This document shows, one piece after another, positions 26,185 to 39,423 of a stretch of 64,000 nt of DNA (the first letter of the stretch is position 1; the number at the start of each line of letters is the position of its first letter). The stretch is from Eledone cirrhosa (taxonomy: Eukaryota). The stretch spans positions 131,130,001 through 131,194,000 of the forward strand of contig OZ024745.1 in NCBI GenBank assembly GCA_964016885.1, read 5' to 3'. Below the pieces are notes generated by a model. The model was not told where the DNA came from and did not search any database. It saw only the letters and a program-made list of their open reading frames with translations. The translations under genes were made by a program, and so were the position numbers.

Positions 26185-27970
26185 TAAAATCGACATAACA
26201 CATAGCATTGACATAACACATAACATTGACATAACACCTAACATTGACATAACACCTAACATTGACATAACACATAACATTGACATAACATTGACATAAA
26301 ACATAACATTGACATAACACATAACATTGACATAACACATAACATTGACATAACACATAGCATTGACATAACACATAACATTGACATAACACATAACATT
26401 GACATAACACCTAACATTGACATAACACCTAACATTGACATAACACCTAACATCGACATAACACATAACATCGACATAACACATAACATTGACATAACAC
26501 ATAACATTGACATAACACATAACATTGACATAACACATAACATTGACATAACACCTAACATTGACATAACACATAACATTGACATAACACATAACATTGA
26601 CATAACACATAACATTGACATAACACCTAACATCGACATAACACATAACATCGACATAACACATAACATTGACATAACACATAACATTGGCATAACACCT
26701 AACATTGACATAACACCTAACATTGACATAACACCTAACATTGACATAACACATAACATTGACATAACATTGACATAAAACATAACATTGACATAACACA
26801 TAACATCGACATAACACCTAACATTGACATAACACATAACATTGACATAACACCTAACATCGACATAACACATAACATCGACATAACACATAACATTGAC
26901 ATAACACCTTACATTGACATAACAGCTAACATTGACATAACACATAACATTGACATAACACATAACATTGACATAACACATAACATTGACATAACACATA
27001 ACATTGACATAACACAACATCGACATAACACATAACATTGACATAACACCTAACATTGACATAACACATAACATTGACATAACACATAACATTGACATAA
27101 CACCTAACATCGACATAACACCTAACATCGACATAACACCTAACATCGACATAACACCTAACATCGACATAACACCTAACATCGACATAACACATAACAT
27201 TGACATAACACCTAACATTGACATAACACCTAACATTGACATAACACCTAACATCGACATAACACCTAACATCGACATAACACATAACATCGACATAACA
27301 CATAACATCGACATAACACATAACATCGACATAACACCTAACATTGACATAACACCTAACATTGACATAACACCTAACATTGACATAACACCTAACATTG
27401 ACATAACACCTAACATTGACATAACACCTAACATCGACATAACACATAACATCGACATAACACATAACACCGACATAACACATAACATTGACATAACACC
27501 TAACATTGACATAACACCTAACATTGACATAACACCTAACATTGACATAACACCTAACATCGACATAACACATAACATTGACATAACACATAACATTGAC
27601 ATAACACATAACATTGACATAACACCTAACATCGACATAACACATAACATCGACATAACACATAACATTGACATAACACATAACATTGACATAACACCTA
27701 ACATTGACATAACACCTAACATCGACATAACACATAACATTGACATAACACATAACATTGACATAACACATAACATTGACATAACACCTAACATCGACAT
27801 AACACATAACATCGACATAACACATAACATTGACATAACACATAACATTGACATAACACATAACATTGACATAACACCTAACATCGACATAACACATAAC
27901 ATCGACATAACACCTAACATCGACATAACACATAACATTGACATAACACATAACATTGACATAACACCTA
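26185..27970. repeat. 18-bp satellite (acattgacataacacata, ~99 copies)
   Basis: Two main variable positions (att/atc, cata/ccta). Confidence 0.97.
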
Positions 27971-28032
27971 TGTAAGAATTTTAAGGAAGCGGAGAATTAT
28001 GCCTCCCCCCCCCCCCATCTAACTTTTTTTCC

Positions 28033-29038
28033 TTAACCCTTTAGCATTCACATTAGTCTATAAATACTCTTATATTTTCATGGTAAAGGCTTTACCTCAC
28101 ATATCTCACATAATACCTCACATAATACCTCACATAATATCTCACATAATACCTCACATAATATCTCACATAATATCTCACATAATACCTCACATAATAT
28201 CTCACATAATATCTCACATAATATCTCACATAATACCTCACATAATATCTCACATAATACCTCACATAATATCTCACATAATACCTCACATAATATCTCA
28301 CATAATACCTCACATAATATCTCACATAATACCTCACATAATACCTCACATAATATCTCACATAATATCTCACATAATATCTCACATAATACCTCACATA
28401 ATATCTCACATAATATCTCACATAATATCTCACATAATATCTCACATAATATCTCACATAATATCTCACATAATACCTCACATAATATCTCACATAATAT
28501 CTCACATAATATCTCACATAATATCTCACATAATACCTCACATAATACCTCACATAATATCTCACATAATACCTCACATAATATCTCACATAATATCTCA
28601 CATAATACCTCACATAATACCTCACATAATATCTCACATAATACCTCACATAATATCTCACATAATACCTCACATAATATCTCACATAATACCTCACATA
28701 ATACCTCACATAATATCTCACATAATACCTCACATAATATCTCACATAATACCTCACATAATATCTCACATAATATCTCACATAATACCTCACATAATAC
28801 CTCACATAATATCTCACATAATATCTCACATAATACCTCACATAATACCTCACATAATACCTCACATAATATCTCACATAATACCTCACATAATACCTCA
28901 CATAATATCGAATCTATAAGATTTTGAAAGTATTTATTTTGAGAACAATACCTTAACATCAGTTTGAGTGACCAGTTACATCCTGTTTCAACAGAAAGAG
29001 GTAGAGAATTCTGGCCGGTTTGAACATTAAAGGGTTAA
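28033..29038 (+). mobile_element. piggyBac-like MITE family A containing an internal 12-bp array
   Basis: TTAA-CCCT...AGGG-TTAA; flanks collinear with the 7120-7332 copy. Confidence 0.9.
28095..28908. repeat. 12-bp tandem array (ctcacataata[t/c], ~67 copies)
   Basis: Direct reading. Confidence 0.97.
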
Positions 29039-29279
29039 ATGAATACATAAATAACAAATGTGTAAATAACATTATAAATTGCTTGCAATTCGTTCAGGAG
29101 AAATATAATGTCTAAACTGTGTAGAACGACACAATAATATAAATTCATTGAACAAAAAATGATAAAGGAAAGAAAGAAAAAGGAAAGGTGGGGTAGGGCA
29201 ATAGCAATTCAGCACCAAGTGCGATAGTCGGCTGCACCTCGCACTTTAGAGGTTAGCTGCACACTTTCAGGCAAGCCAA

Positions 29280-29430
29280 CACGCTCACAACATTACCATG
29301 GCTGATGGTGAGACTAAGGTGCTGAAATAACCAGGCACCGTCATGGGTATCAACTGGCACCCCAGTAAAGTGAGCCGCCACTGAAGACAAGAACCAAACG
29401 TCTCAAACGCCACAGGCTTGAAAAAATACT
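29280..29430 (-). mobile_element. CRE-like endonuclease C-terminal fragment
   Basis: FFKPVAFETFG; related fragments at ~17170-17300 (-) and ~36790-36965 (+, EPVAVETSGVLGP). Confidence 0.65.
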
Positions 29431-30156
29431 TATTTGATATTAAACGCCAAGTCAAGGAGTACCATGTTATCTGGAACTGGTGTTTCACAACTGCAATTCT
29501 CCTTAGACAGACTGCAGGTTCAGTATACCAAAGTCATGTAAATTTAACATCAATAAATAATGCCCTTTGTCAAAGTAACACTACATTCTTCATGTTATAA
29601 CTTGCTTACAATTTGTTTACAACTCATTGAGATGTGCTGTGAGCATAATTATCTTAAGTCTCCTTTATGTGGAGAAAGCCTTGTTAATAATGCTGGTAGC
29701 AGTTCTCTCCATATTTCTCCTATCCACATCAAATACTAACCACCATGCTATCACTAGCTCTACTTTCAGCATTATCTATTACCATTTAATGTTTGTTTAT
29801 ATTTTTTACACGACTGTATGTAAAATCCCCGGCATGTCTTTGTATTGTCCCCTTTTCTTGTGTGCCCTTCTGGCAAATAAAGAAATCTATCTATTACCAT
29901 TTAATGTCCATTTTCCATGCTAGCATAAGTTAGACGTGGCATTGTGAGACAAGCCAAGTCAGGTGACCATTGTGAGACCAGTCAGACCTGACCCATCTAA
30001 CAGATCAGTAGCTCTAATTAAATACTAACTTGGTCTTTCACTATCCATCCAACCATTACTAACAGGGAAAACACATTAAATGATATTGATGATGTTGATA
30101 TATATATGCAGTCTAACCTATGCAAACATGGAAAAATGAACGCTAAACAGTGGTGA

Positions 30157-30190
<34 letters not shown>

Positions 30191-30444
30191 GGTTCAAGGT
30201 GAACCATAGGAGTTTTGTCGTGGTGATGCGACAAAACTCCTATGGGTCACCTTGAGCTAATCCTCTGCGAAACGTGTGTAACAGGTTGATACGCAATAAA
30301 CATTTTTCATATGTAAACAAAACTTCCTCGTTTTTTCTATTATATATATATGTTAAGTATTTCCGTGGAAAAGGTAAAGAAAAGAAGAGTGTTCTATATA
30401 TAGTACAGAGCTATTTAATTATGTAATAAACAACACAATATAAT

Positions 30445-30515
30445 TATTTAATTACCAAAGGTTTCACGAAGTCAGACGACTCCAGCAGAGGCGTCTGAAA
30501 TCGTTCATCAGACAG
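30445..30515 (-). ncRNA. Hammerhead ribozyme core with weak stem I
   Basis: CUGAUGA-ACGA..UCAGACG/CGUCUGA..UCGU-GAAA-CC-UUU-GG-UA; stem I poorly supported. Confidence 0.5.
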
Positions 30516-30529
30516 AAAAATAAAAAAAA

Positions 30530-32880
30530 TGTTCTCTTCCCTTTATGCTTTGCCATTCATGTTTAACACATCCATCAAAGCAAGTCAGCTTCATTTCTTT
30601 CCTATCTTCACATGCACACAACACCCAGGACTCACTACCATGCAACATTGCTGTTTGTATACATGCATCATACAATCTACCCTTCAGTTTGTGGGAAAAA
30701 ACCTTTTGTAGCTTGCAGCGGTAGTAGCTCCCTAAACTTTTTTCATCCCATTCTCACTCTGGCTACTGTACCTACAAAACATCCACCTTCACTGCTGATT
30801 TGGTCACCCAGGTAACAAACTATCAACTACTTCTACCGAGCCCTCTGTGTATTTAAAGGCGCTAGTATCCTGTAGGCTACTTACTGCACCTGTGTAACAA
30901 CCACATATAAAAACTGTGTTCTTTGTTAACCTGCCAGAGATTCCACTACATCTCTTGTATACCCATAGCTTGCATTTGGGGCATAGGATAGAATTTCTAC
31001 CTACTCTTTTCCTGCACACTGAGTAAAGCCATTTTCTCGAGGGAATCTGGGCCCTTTTTTTCCTCTCTACATTCTTTGGATTTTGTCAAGTTGACTTTAA
31101 GGCCATGCTTTCAGATTTGGAATTTCTTCTCTAGTTTTGCCATAGATTCAGCTATAAAGCTTAGATCATCTGCATGCAGAAGTTCCCATGGGAAGCCAGT
31201 CTTAAACTCTTCTGTTATAACCTGCAGGTGATGATAAACAGGAGAGGGCTAAGACTGGAGCCTTGAAGGACTCCTACCTGCATCTTAAATTCTTCACTTT
31301 AGTCGTTATTAATTTTGAGCTTGCTGACTGTTCCTCTATAAATGGCTTGTACTGTCCTCATAAGCCACTCATCTGGTCCTAGTTTACTAGGAGCCCACCA
31401 GATAATCCAAACTGCATTTCATCTAGGTTAACTTTGTCCTTAATTAGCTATGCTATAACTTTTTCTGTTACCTTCATGACCTAGTCAATCAACTTGATGC
31501 CTCTATAGTTTTCTCAGTCTAGAGCAGGCATGTCAAACTAAGGGTTCCCCGAGGGCCACGTGGGTCGCATATGTGTTGTCTGAGGGCAACATGACAACTA
31601 ATTGTGCACATTACAAATAATATTTTTTATTTTATATTATGCTCGCTCTGTAAAAAACTTTTGTGTGGGCCGCAGTTGTGCTTGTAAAGGGCCACATGCA
31701 GACCATCTCCTTTACCCTTGTAGCAATTAATGATGATGCTGCTATACCAATCATTAGGAATGACACCATTTTGTATTACTTGGTTTACAATACATGTGAT
31801 TAAGACATGACCCACCATCTCAGATGCTTTCAGCATCTTGACATCTATCCTGAAAGGTCCAGCAGCTTTGCCTGTCTTCATAACCTTGATTGCCTTACTA
31901 TACTACTGCTGACTCATGCAGCTGGTCCCTCTGTTGGGTTTACTTGGGGAAAACTATCTTCTACCCATACATTCTCCTCTTTCAGTGTCAGTTAGGGCAA
32001 GCATCTCATTATCATCTCAGACATACTTCTCTCCATCAACATCACAATTTTCCCTGACACACTGCTTTGCTATCCTGAACATCTCATGCTTTTGGTCCTC
32101 GTGTTGCAATGCAGAACATGCTTAAATTTTTTTTATTTTCTGCTTCCCTTCTTGCAAAGTATACTTGTCACCTAGCTTCTCTCCTCCCCCATCCCGCCAT
32201 TCTTTCCAATCCCGCCTTTTAACCTTAATTGTCTCCTCCACCCTACTGTTCCACCACCGAGTCACTATCCTCCTCCCTGAAGGTCTGCTCCAACCACAGA
32301 TTTTGTTTGTTTCCATCAGTAGGTTGTCTTTCAGGAATTCCCACTGCTCCTCTATATTGTATGTCTCTATTTGCACTTCCTTACTGTCAAAATCATCAAG
32401 CAACATGCCACTAAATTTGTTACTGGCTGCGAGATCCTTTAACTAACATATTCTTCTCCTCCAGCCTGTCCTCTATCATTGAGTTTATCTAGCCCTAACT
32501 ATATGGCTGCTGACCACTAGGTTATGTTGGGAAGTGCATTCTTCACCAGGGAGGGACTTTGTGTTTACAACTGTCCCTTTATCTCATCTTCTGGTCAGGA
32601 TAAACTTTATCTGGCTGGCATGCTCACATGATCTATAGGTGATCAAGTTATTGTCTGTTTTTTTTATGTTTATGTTACAGACAGATAGATCATTGGCATC
32701 ACAGAATTCCAGAAGCCTGAAACCTTCCACATTTCTAGCACCAAATCCATAACCTCCATGGATCCCTTCAAAACCATCACAATATTGCCCAACAATGATT
32801 ATGAAGTCACTATTGCTTATTTGGGAAGTCGTGTGTATTAGGGATTTGTAAAACTTGTCTTTTAGTCCGTCTGAAAATCC
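30530..32880 (-). mobile_element. RTE-clade LINE (APE + RT + PHD-like insert), degenerate
   Basis: GYGFGARNVEGFRLLEFC, WWNSRVEETIK, MKTGKAAGP, CRKRVGRNSILCPKCKLWV.KRCSGI; interrupted by a hAT fragment at ~31525-31700. Confidence 0.88.
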
Positions 32881-34110
32881 TGATTGAATCAGATAAAATG
32901 GAGCTGGGAAGTGAAATGTAGTTTCAACAACTTCTCTAGTTTCATGTTGAGAGGCTGAACTATCATAAATATAATGCAATCAATGATTCTAAACAATTGA
33001 ACAGTACTGATACAGTCATTTCCAACATGTAAAATATGATCAATAAAAATTGATTGGTTCAATTGTTTAGAATCATAATCAATAATAAATTCATTAAAAA
33101 TATTTCATATTTTTATTATTACAATGACAAAGGAATTTTAAACATAAAAGATAGCATGTGAAAATTGTTGTTCAATATTACTAAGTTGTGAAGATCTCAC
33201 TAACACACATGCACATTGGGTATGGTTGTTGTGGCTTATGGTCATTAACATTAGTACATAGTACACAGCTGTGATGAAATACATGTCCGTTATATGTGTG
33301 TATGTGTGTAGGTAGCTATGAAATTAAATACATATGGTTAGTGATAGGAAGGGCATTCAGCTATAGAAGGGTTGGAAGAGAGCCCTTCAGTTGTGTCAAA
33401 GACATGACAACCTCTCCTGTGCACTTGGTAGAATGTGAGACCATATGTTATAATAGACCCCTAGCTTGTCTGGGAGGTCAGTAGTAGCTCTACTTTAGTA
33501 CTGACTTGGCCTATATAGACCTGTCTAACCCTTGCTAGCAGAGAAAGCAGTTGTTAATATGACAATGGTGATGGTGTTGATTTTTTACAGGTATCCAAAT
33601 TGATATCAGTAATCCTCAGAGGATGGGAAGCACAGTCAGGAATAGATTCCTGTTTGAAACCATTGTATGAATTTAATTAGAGTTATTAGACCTAGGCACA
33701 TATGTTAGTGGTTAAAGCGCTGGGCTTACAATTGTGAAGTTGTGAGTTCCATTCTCGGACTGGGTGATGTGTTGTATCTTCCAGCAAGACATTTTATTTT
33801 GTGTTGCTTTGGTTTACTCAGCTGTAGAAATGAGTTGCAACATTACTGGTGCCAAGCTGTATCAGCTATTACCTTTCTCTTGGACAACATTGGTGGTGTG
33901 GAGAGGAGAGACTGGCATGCATGGGTAACTGCTGGTCTTCCACAAACACACCTTGTACAAATTGTGCCTTGAACGTTAACTTTCTAGGTACAAATCTCAT
34001 GGTCATTCCTGACCGAAGGGGGTCCTTTTCCCTTTCTTAGACCTATGACACACACACATACACACACTATAATGTAATATTATAACTTTATTTATTTTTT
34101 ATTTTACAGG

Positions 34111-34313
34111 ATGGAAGCTAAGAATTCCGACCCATTTCCATCCTACCGAAATGTTGAACAGCGACGAACCAGTGCTGATATAATTCGAGATGCAAAGAAG
34201 ACTATACGGAGTTTATCTACAAAGAGGCCATTTACACCTCGAGATGAAAAACGAACCTTGTTTGGTGAGATGAGCAATCGGAGTCGGGAAGCTCGACCTG
34301 CTAGTACCTACAG
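34111..34313 (+). CDS. ARMC2: ARMC2 coding exon 1
   Basis: cag|G ATG; TSADIIRDAK..RPFTPRDEKRTLFG..RPAS matches recalled ARMC2 TSAEIISEAR..RPFTP..LFG; AG|gtaat. Confidence 0.9.
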
Positions 34314-34889
34314 GTAATACTGTGCTTTTGTTTGTATAGAAACAGAAATAGAGACAATAGTCTTTTCTAAAAGATATCAGAATAACTACTTAATATTAAT
34401 GGTGTTTTTGTTCAGATTTCATTGTTATAGGCTGGATGAAAAAAGATGGGGAATTATTCAGTTTTATTGTTGTTGTTGTTACTAGTCTGGGAGATAATGG
34501 ATAGTAGAAGTGAAGAGACATGGAAAAATGGATGAAGTTGGATTAGGTTGGAGTAGAAGAGAGTTAATGAGTTTAAAGAGCAGAACATGTAGCTGCATGG
34601 TGGTGTGTGGGGGAGACAGGAGCCACAGTTTTACTGAGGATGGATCAACATTTCTAGAGTGAAGACCTGTTTATTATGCAGACAGCCCTTTTTGGAGGTT
34701 ACAGTATTGAACAACGAGATCCCAACAGCAATACTAAATGTTCACAACTCCATTATCCTAAAGCAGGGGTTCCCAACCTTTTGTGCACCATGGCCCACCT
34801 CAACATCTCAAACATTGTTATTCCCCCCTCCCTTTTGATATGGAAACAGTGATGATCAACTGCAAAGTGTAAACAAATTGGTCTATAGG

Positions 34890-35535
34890 TGGTGTTAGAT
34901 ACACAATGTCATATAGAGAAGGTCAGACAGGAGTTTCTGACAGTGATATGTACCATATAGGTGGTGCCAGATATACAATAACATGTGGAGGAGGTGAGAC
35001 AAGAGTTTCTGACAGTAATGTGTACCATATAGGTGGTGCCAGATATACAATAACATGTGGAAGAGGTGAGACAGGAGTTTCTGACAGTAATGTGTACCAT
35101 ATAGGTGGTGCCAGATACACAATAACATGTGGAGGAGGTGAGACAGGAGTTTCTGACAGTAATGTGTACCATATAGGCGGTGCCAGATACACAATAACAT
35201 ATGGAGGAGGTGAGACAGGAGTTTCTGACAGTAATGTGTACCATATAGGTGGTGCCAGATACACAATAACATGTGGAAGAGGTGAGACAAGAGTTTCTGA
35301 CAGTAATGTGTACCATATAGGTGGTGCCAGATATACAATAACATGTGGAAGAGGTGAGACAGGAGTTTCTGACAGTAATGTGTACCATATAGGCAGTGCC
35401 AGATACACAATAACATGTGGTGGAGGTGAGACAGGAGTTTCTGACAGTAATGTGTACCATATAGGCGGTGCCAGATACACAATAACATATGGAGGAGGAG
35501 GATGAGACAGGAATTTCCGACAGTAATGTGTACCA
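34890..35535. repeat. 72-bp minisatellite (~8.5 copies)
   Basis: Unit gagacaggagtttctgacagtaatgtgtaccatataggtggtgccagatacacaataacatgtggaggaggt. Confidence 0.93.
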
Positions 35536-36063
35536 AAGTTGCCTTGGTGTAAAAGTAATAAAACTTCAAGACTTCTCATTAACGCCATAGCTCCAATTGC
35601 CTTGTGTCCTCAAGCATTAGCCAAAAGAGTAGCTAACACCATAGAATAGGAAATCCCAAGTAATTAAGTGATTAATAGTAAAGCCAGGAATATGTAACAC
35701 TTAAGTAAATACAATAGTTGTTTAAATCATGTAACACTGCTCACAGTGTAGTCTACATATTCTGGTAGTAAGATATACATTGATACTTTTAGAAGCAAAC
35801 AACTACAATTTAGAAGGATTGGAGGGAATATAAGCAGATTGAGTGCTATATGGCAGTGGAACTGTGTCAATGATAATGTTGATTTATAACATAGGCACAA
35901 GGACAAACATTTTTTCAAGGACGTTATGGTTGATTATATTAACCCTAACAATGTGACTAGTACTATTTTATGAACCCCAAAAAGATGAAATGAAAATTCG
36001 ATCCTGATGGGTTTGAACTTAGAATGTAAATGGACATAACTAAGAACGTTTTTGTAAAAGTGT

Positions 36064-36277
36064 TTAACCCTTAAGCATTTAAACCGGTCGTATCTGACTA
36101 GAATTCTCTCATCTCTTTCTGTTCAAACCGGCTGTAACTGACCACTCATACTAACGTTAACATATTTTTCTCAATAAATAATATCAAAATCGCATAGATT
36201 CGATATTATGTGAGGTAAAGCCTTTAATGCAAAAATAAAATAGTAAATACAGAGTCATGTAAATGCTAAAGGGTTAC
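36064..36277 (-). mobile_element. piggyBac-like MITE family A
   Basis: Reverse complement of 7120-7332; other copies at 48345-48570, ~2670-2858 and ~7770-7890. Confidence 0.8.
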
Positions 36278-38309
36278 ATGGTCTGGAAAGGAGCAAAGAC
36301 ATTATAGAGTTGAAGAAGAGTGAGTATGTTTACACATCATTAGTGAGTTAGTGGTTGTAGTATGTTGTTGGAGGAAGATTTAGACCCAAATGTTTAGGTG
36401 TTTGACAGCAGACTCCCAGATTTATGAATATTGTTCTAATGTGGGGCACACTGGTGCTTAGCAGAAATTCAACAACTGCTCACTGTTGATGTATTTTTTC
36501 ATCTTAAAGGGAAAAACCTAGTTTTTATTTATAGTGTCAGTGAGAATGAAGGTTTGTCATTTAGGTGGGAAGCTTGTTTCTTCTGAAAGTAATACATGAT
36601 GTGAAAAATATGGTGAATGCACTGTTTCCAATTATTTGGTTAATTCTTATATATTGTCCTTTAAGTATAGAATTTTATCTATAAATATCCATGAACGAAC
36701 CTGGTTCGTTTGGTTACCAGCCCAGGCTCTGCTGCCCACCAGGCCAAAGAGGACAAACTGTCTAAATATCAGTAATCACTCTCTGATAAGTTTGTGGTAG
36801 AGCCTGTAGCAGTAGAGACCTCTGGTGTTCTTGGGCCTTGGGCCACAATCACTGCTATTGGAGTGGAGTTGGGTGTCTGCAGGTGCAAGCCCTATGGAGT
36901 GACTGTTCCAGGACATCTCCCACACCATCCTCCAGGGCAATGTATTCTTCATCCTGTTGGCCAACACACAGAGTCAGAAGGTAACTTAGATACAGAGGAA
37001 AAGATTTGAATTTCTTCACATACATCAACCTAACTGAGTATACTTGCAAACCAAACCAAGGTATATCATCATCATCAACATCATTTTACGTCCACTTTTC
37101 CCCATTGCAAGGGTGGGATGGGAACTGATTCTGACTTGATTTCTACAGCTGGATGCCCTTCCTAACACCAACCTCATTTACAGTGAGTGCTGGGTGCTTT
37201 TTAGCCGTGGCACCTCCACGACCACTTTTCAGTGGAATGATAGAGACCCCAGTCCCTATCATCTCATTTCTACAGCTGAATAAACTGGAGCAATGTGAAA
37301 TAAAGTGTCTTACTCAAGGAAACAACACATCACCCAGTCTGAGAATTGAACTCACAACCTTTCAATTGAAAGGCCAATGCTCTAACCACTAAGCCATGTG
37401 CCTCCATATATATATATATAAAATACAGAAGACCCAACTTTCCATGGGTACAAACCGAAGCTGAAGCATATAGACAGTATGCCGCCCTCCCACTGTAAAG
37501 TGGTCGTGTAGATGTCACAACAAAAAAACACCCAGCCCACACTGTAAAGTGGTCGTGTAGGTGTCACGACAAAAAGCACCCAGTACTCACTGTAAATGAG
37601 GTTGGTGTTAGGAAGAGCATCCAGCTGTAGAAATCAAGCCAAAATCAGTTCTGTATGAGCAAGACATGGTCACCTGACCTGGCATTGCCCACAACAAGAC
37701 AACCCGTCTAACCCATGCTAGTGTGGAAGAATAGACGTAAGACGGTGATGATGATGAAAATAGGTATTTTCACTCCATGAACCATAGTTTGCAGTTAGTA
37801 ATTTCACAAGAGGCTAACAAATAGAGAGAGTATAGCCAGACTAAATACATAACAACAGTCATTTCTAACTAAAGCAGGTACTAGTGGACCAGATTAGTGG
37901 AATTACTTGTAACATATGAAGGCATTAGATTTATTGTTAATGCTTTGAAATTTACTGTTATTTATTTTTATAGCTTTATATGACCCACTTGCCTGGTTAA
38001 TTTTATAGAGTAGGAGGCAAAGCAGTAGATATCCTATATAGAGTAGGAGGCAAAGCAGTAGATATCCTATATAGAGTAGGAGGCAAAGCAGTAGATATCC
38101 TATATAAAGAGGCAGATGATTACAAAAAAGGAGTGGGAATCCTAGCTCTACACCAGATACGTTTGCCCTCCTCTAGGCTCTATAGTCAAAACCAGGGTAT
38201 ATTCTATTTTTATATTAGTAATACACTAAGAACAATTCACTTGATTCTACAGCTCTCTTATGAAACTGGTCTGGTGCCTGAAGTAATCACTACAGGAGAG
38301 ATAATCATT

Positions 38310-38356
<47 letters not shown>

Positions 38357-38471
38357 TTCACTTTATTTCACGTTGCTCCTTCTACCTGGAGTTTATTAGC
38401 AATTGGAAAGACCAATGGAAACATTGTTTCCTCGGTCCAATTTTACGAAAGTCGATCGTTCCAAAAATAAA

Positions 38472-38534
<63 letters not shown>

Positions 38535-38655
38535 GGAGGTGAGTTTTATTGTAGTACAATAAAGCAATGCAGATATCGGATAAGAAGCACTCTACAGTTT
38601 GTAGGACTGGAGTATACATAATATAAGATCAAAAGATGGTTAAAGGAGTTCCATG

Positions 38656-38726
38656 TATTTTATTATGCGCATTTCAAAAACAAACATCATCATGCAATAG
38701 TATTTGTGTTTTCATCAGATAAAACA
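38656..38726 (-). ncRNA. Type I hammerhead ribozyme motif (mirror copy in the palindrome)
   Basis: Reverse complement of 38847-38917. Confidence 0.72.
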
Positions 38727-38846
38727 GGAAAACATGATATGAAGGCTAAAAAACACTTGTGGATAGTGCAGTTTTAAATCAACATATATGTTGATTTAAA
38801 ACTGCACTATCCACAAGTGTTTTTTAGCCTTCATATCATGTTCTCC

Positions 38847-38917
38847 TGTTTTATCTGATGAAAACACAAATACTATTGCATGATGATGTTTGTTTTTGAA
38901 ATGCGCATAATAAAATA
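38847..38917 (+). ncRNA. Type I hammerhead ribozyme motif, minimal Penelope-type stem III
   Basis: Stem I UGUUUUAU/AUAAAAUA, CUGAUGA (38855-38861), stem II AAACACAAAUA/UGUUUGUUUUU, GAAA, palindromic UGCGCA, AUA cleavage triplet (cut after 38909). Confidence 0.75.
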
Positions 38918-39299
38918 CATGGAACTCCTTTAACCATCTTTTGATCTTATATTATATATATATATATATAACGGAGGAAGTGTGGTAAGGAACCAGATGG
39001 ACCATAATGCACCAGAGTACTCAATACTTAGGGTAGTAGAGTGGGTAATAGGAAAATGTTTAACCCCGACGGCTTGAGCTCTGCCGTTGGAGTTAAACAT
39101 ATATATATATGTATATTCAATACATAAACAGAGAAAGCCTTAAGCGATACTCTCACCAACTCCATCTCACTCAACAAACATTAGGATATACCTAAGTATT
39201 ATCCCAATTTAGTGTTTGGGGTGCTAACTAATCAGTATTTCGTGGATAATTGGTTGTATTATTTTATATGAGACATTATTAAATAAATATCTCTTTCCT

Positions 39300-39423
39300 T
39301 CCAGACGGCCATTTCGTTATAAGATTTCTACAATTTGGGATAAATAATTTCCAGGTTATGTAGAAACTTGTATATAATCCATAGTTTTATACACAAGCGG
39401 GCTCTTATAAACTCATCAGTGGA
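39300..39423 (-). ncRNA. Type I hammerhead ribozyme motif with branched stem II
   Basis: UCCA-CUGAUGA-GUUUAUAAGA...UCUUAUAAC-GAAA-UGGCCG-UC-UGGA; GUC triplet. Confidence 0.75.

Larger units (their letters stand above)
38618..38955. repeat. 338-bp spacer-less palindrome (169-bp arms, 1 mismatch)
   Basis: Centre at 38786/38787 (aacata|tatgtt). Confidence 0.95.

Noticed and set aside
26134-28959. Long ORFs (up to 568 aa) of CYVNVM, ILCE or RYYV repeats
   Set aside because: Artefacts of the 18-bp and 12-bp satellites
34895-35588. His/Cys-rich repeat protein
   Set aside because: 72-bp intronic minisatellite, open on both strands, not needed for ARMC2 phase continuity
37330-37405. tRNA gene (also near 13220-13290, 33700-33760 and 52040-52100)
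   Set aside because: A/B boxes are present but there is no intact cloverleaf, and the sequence continues into a SINE body
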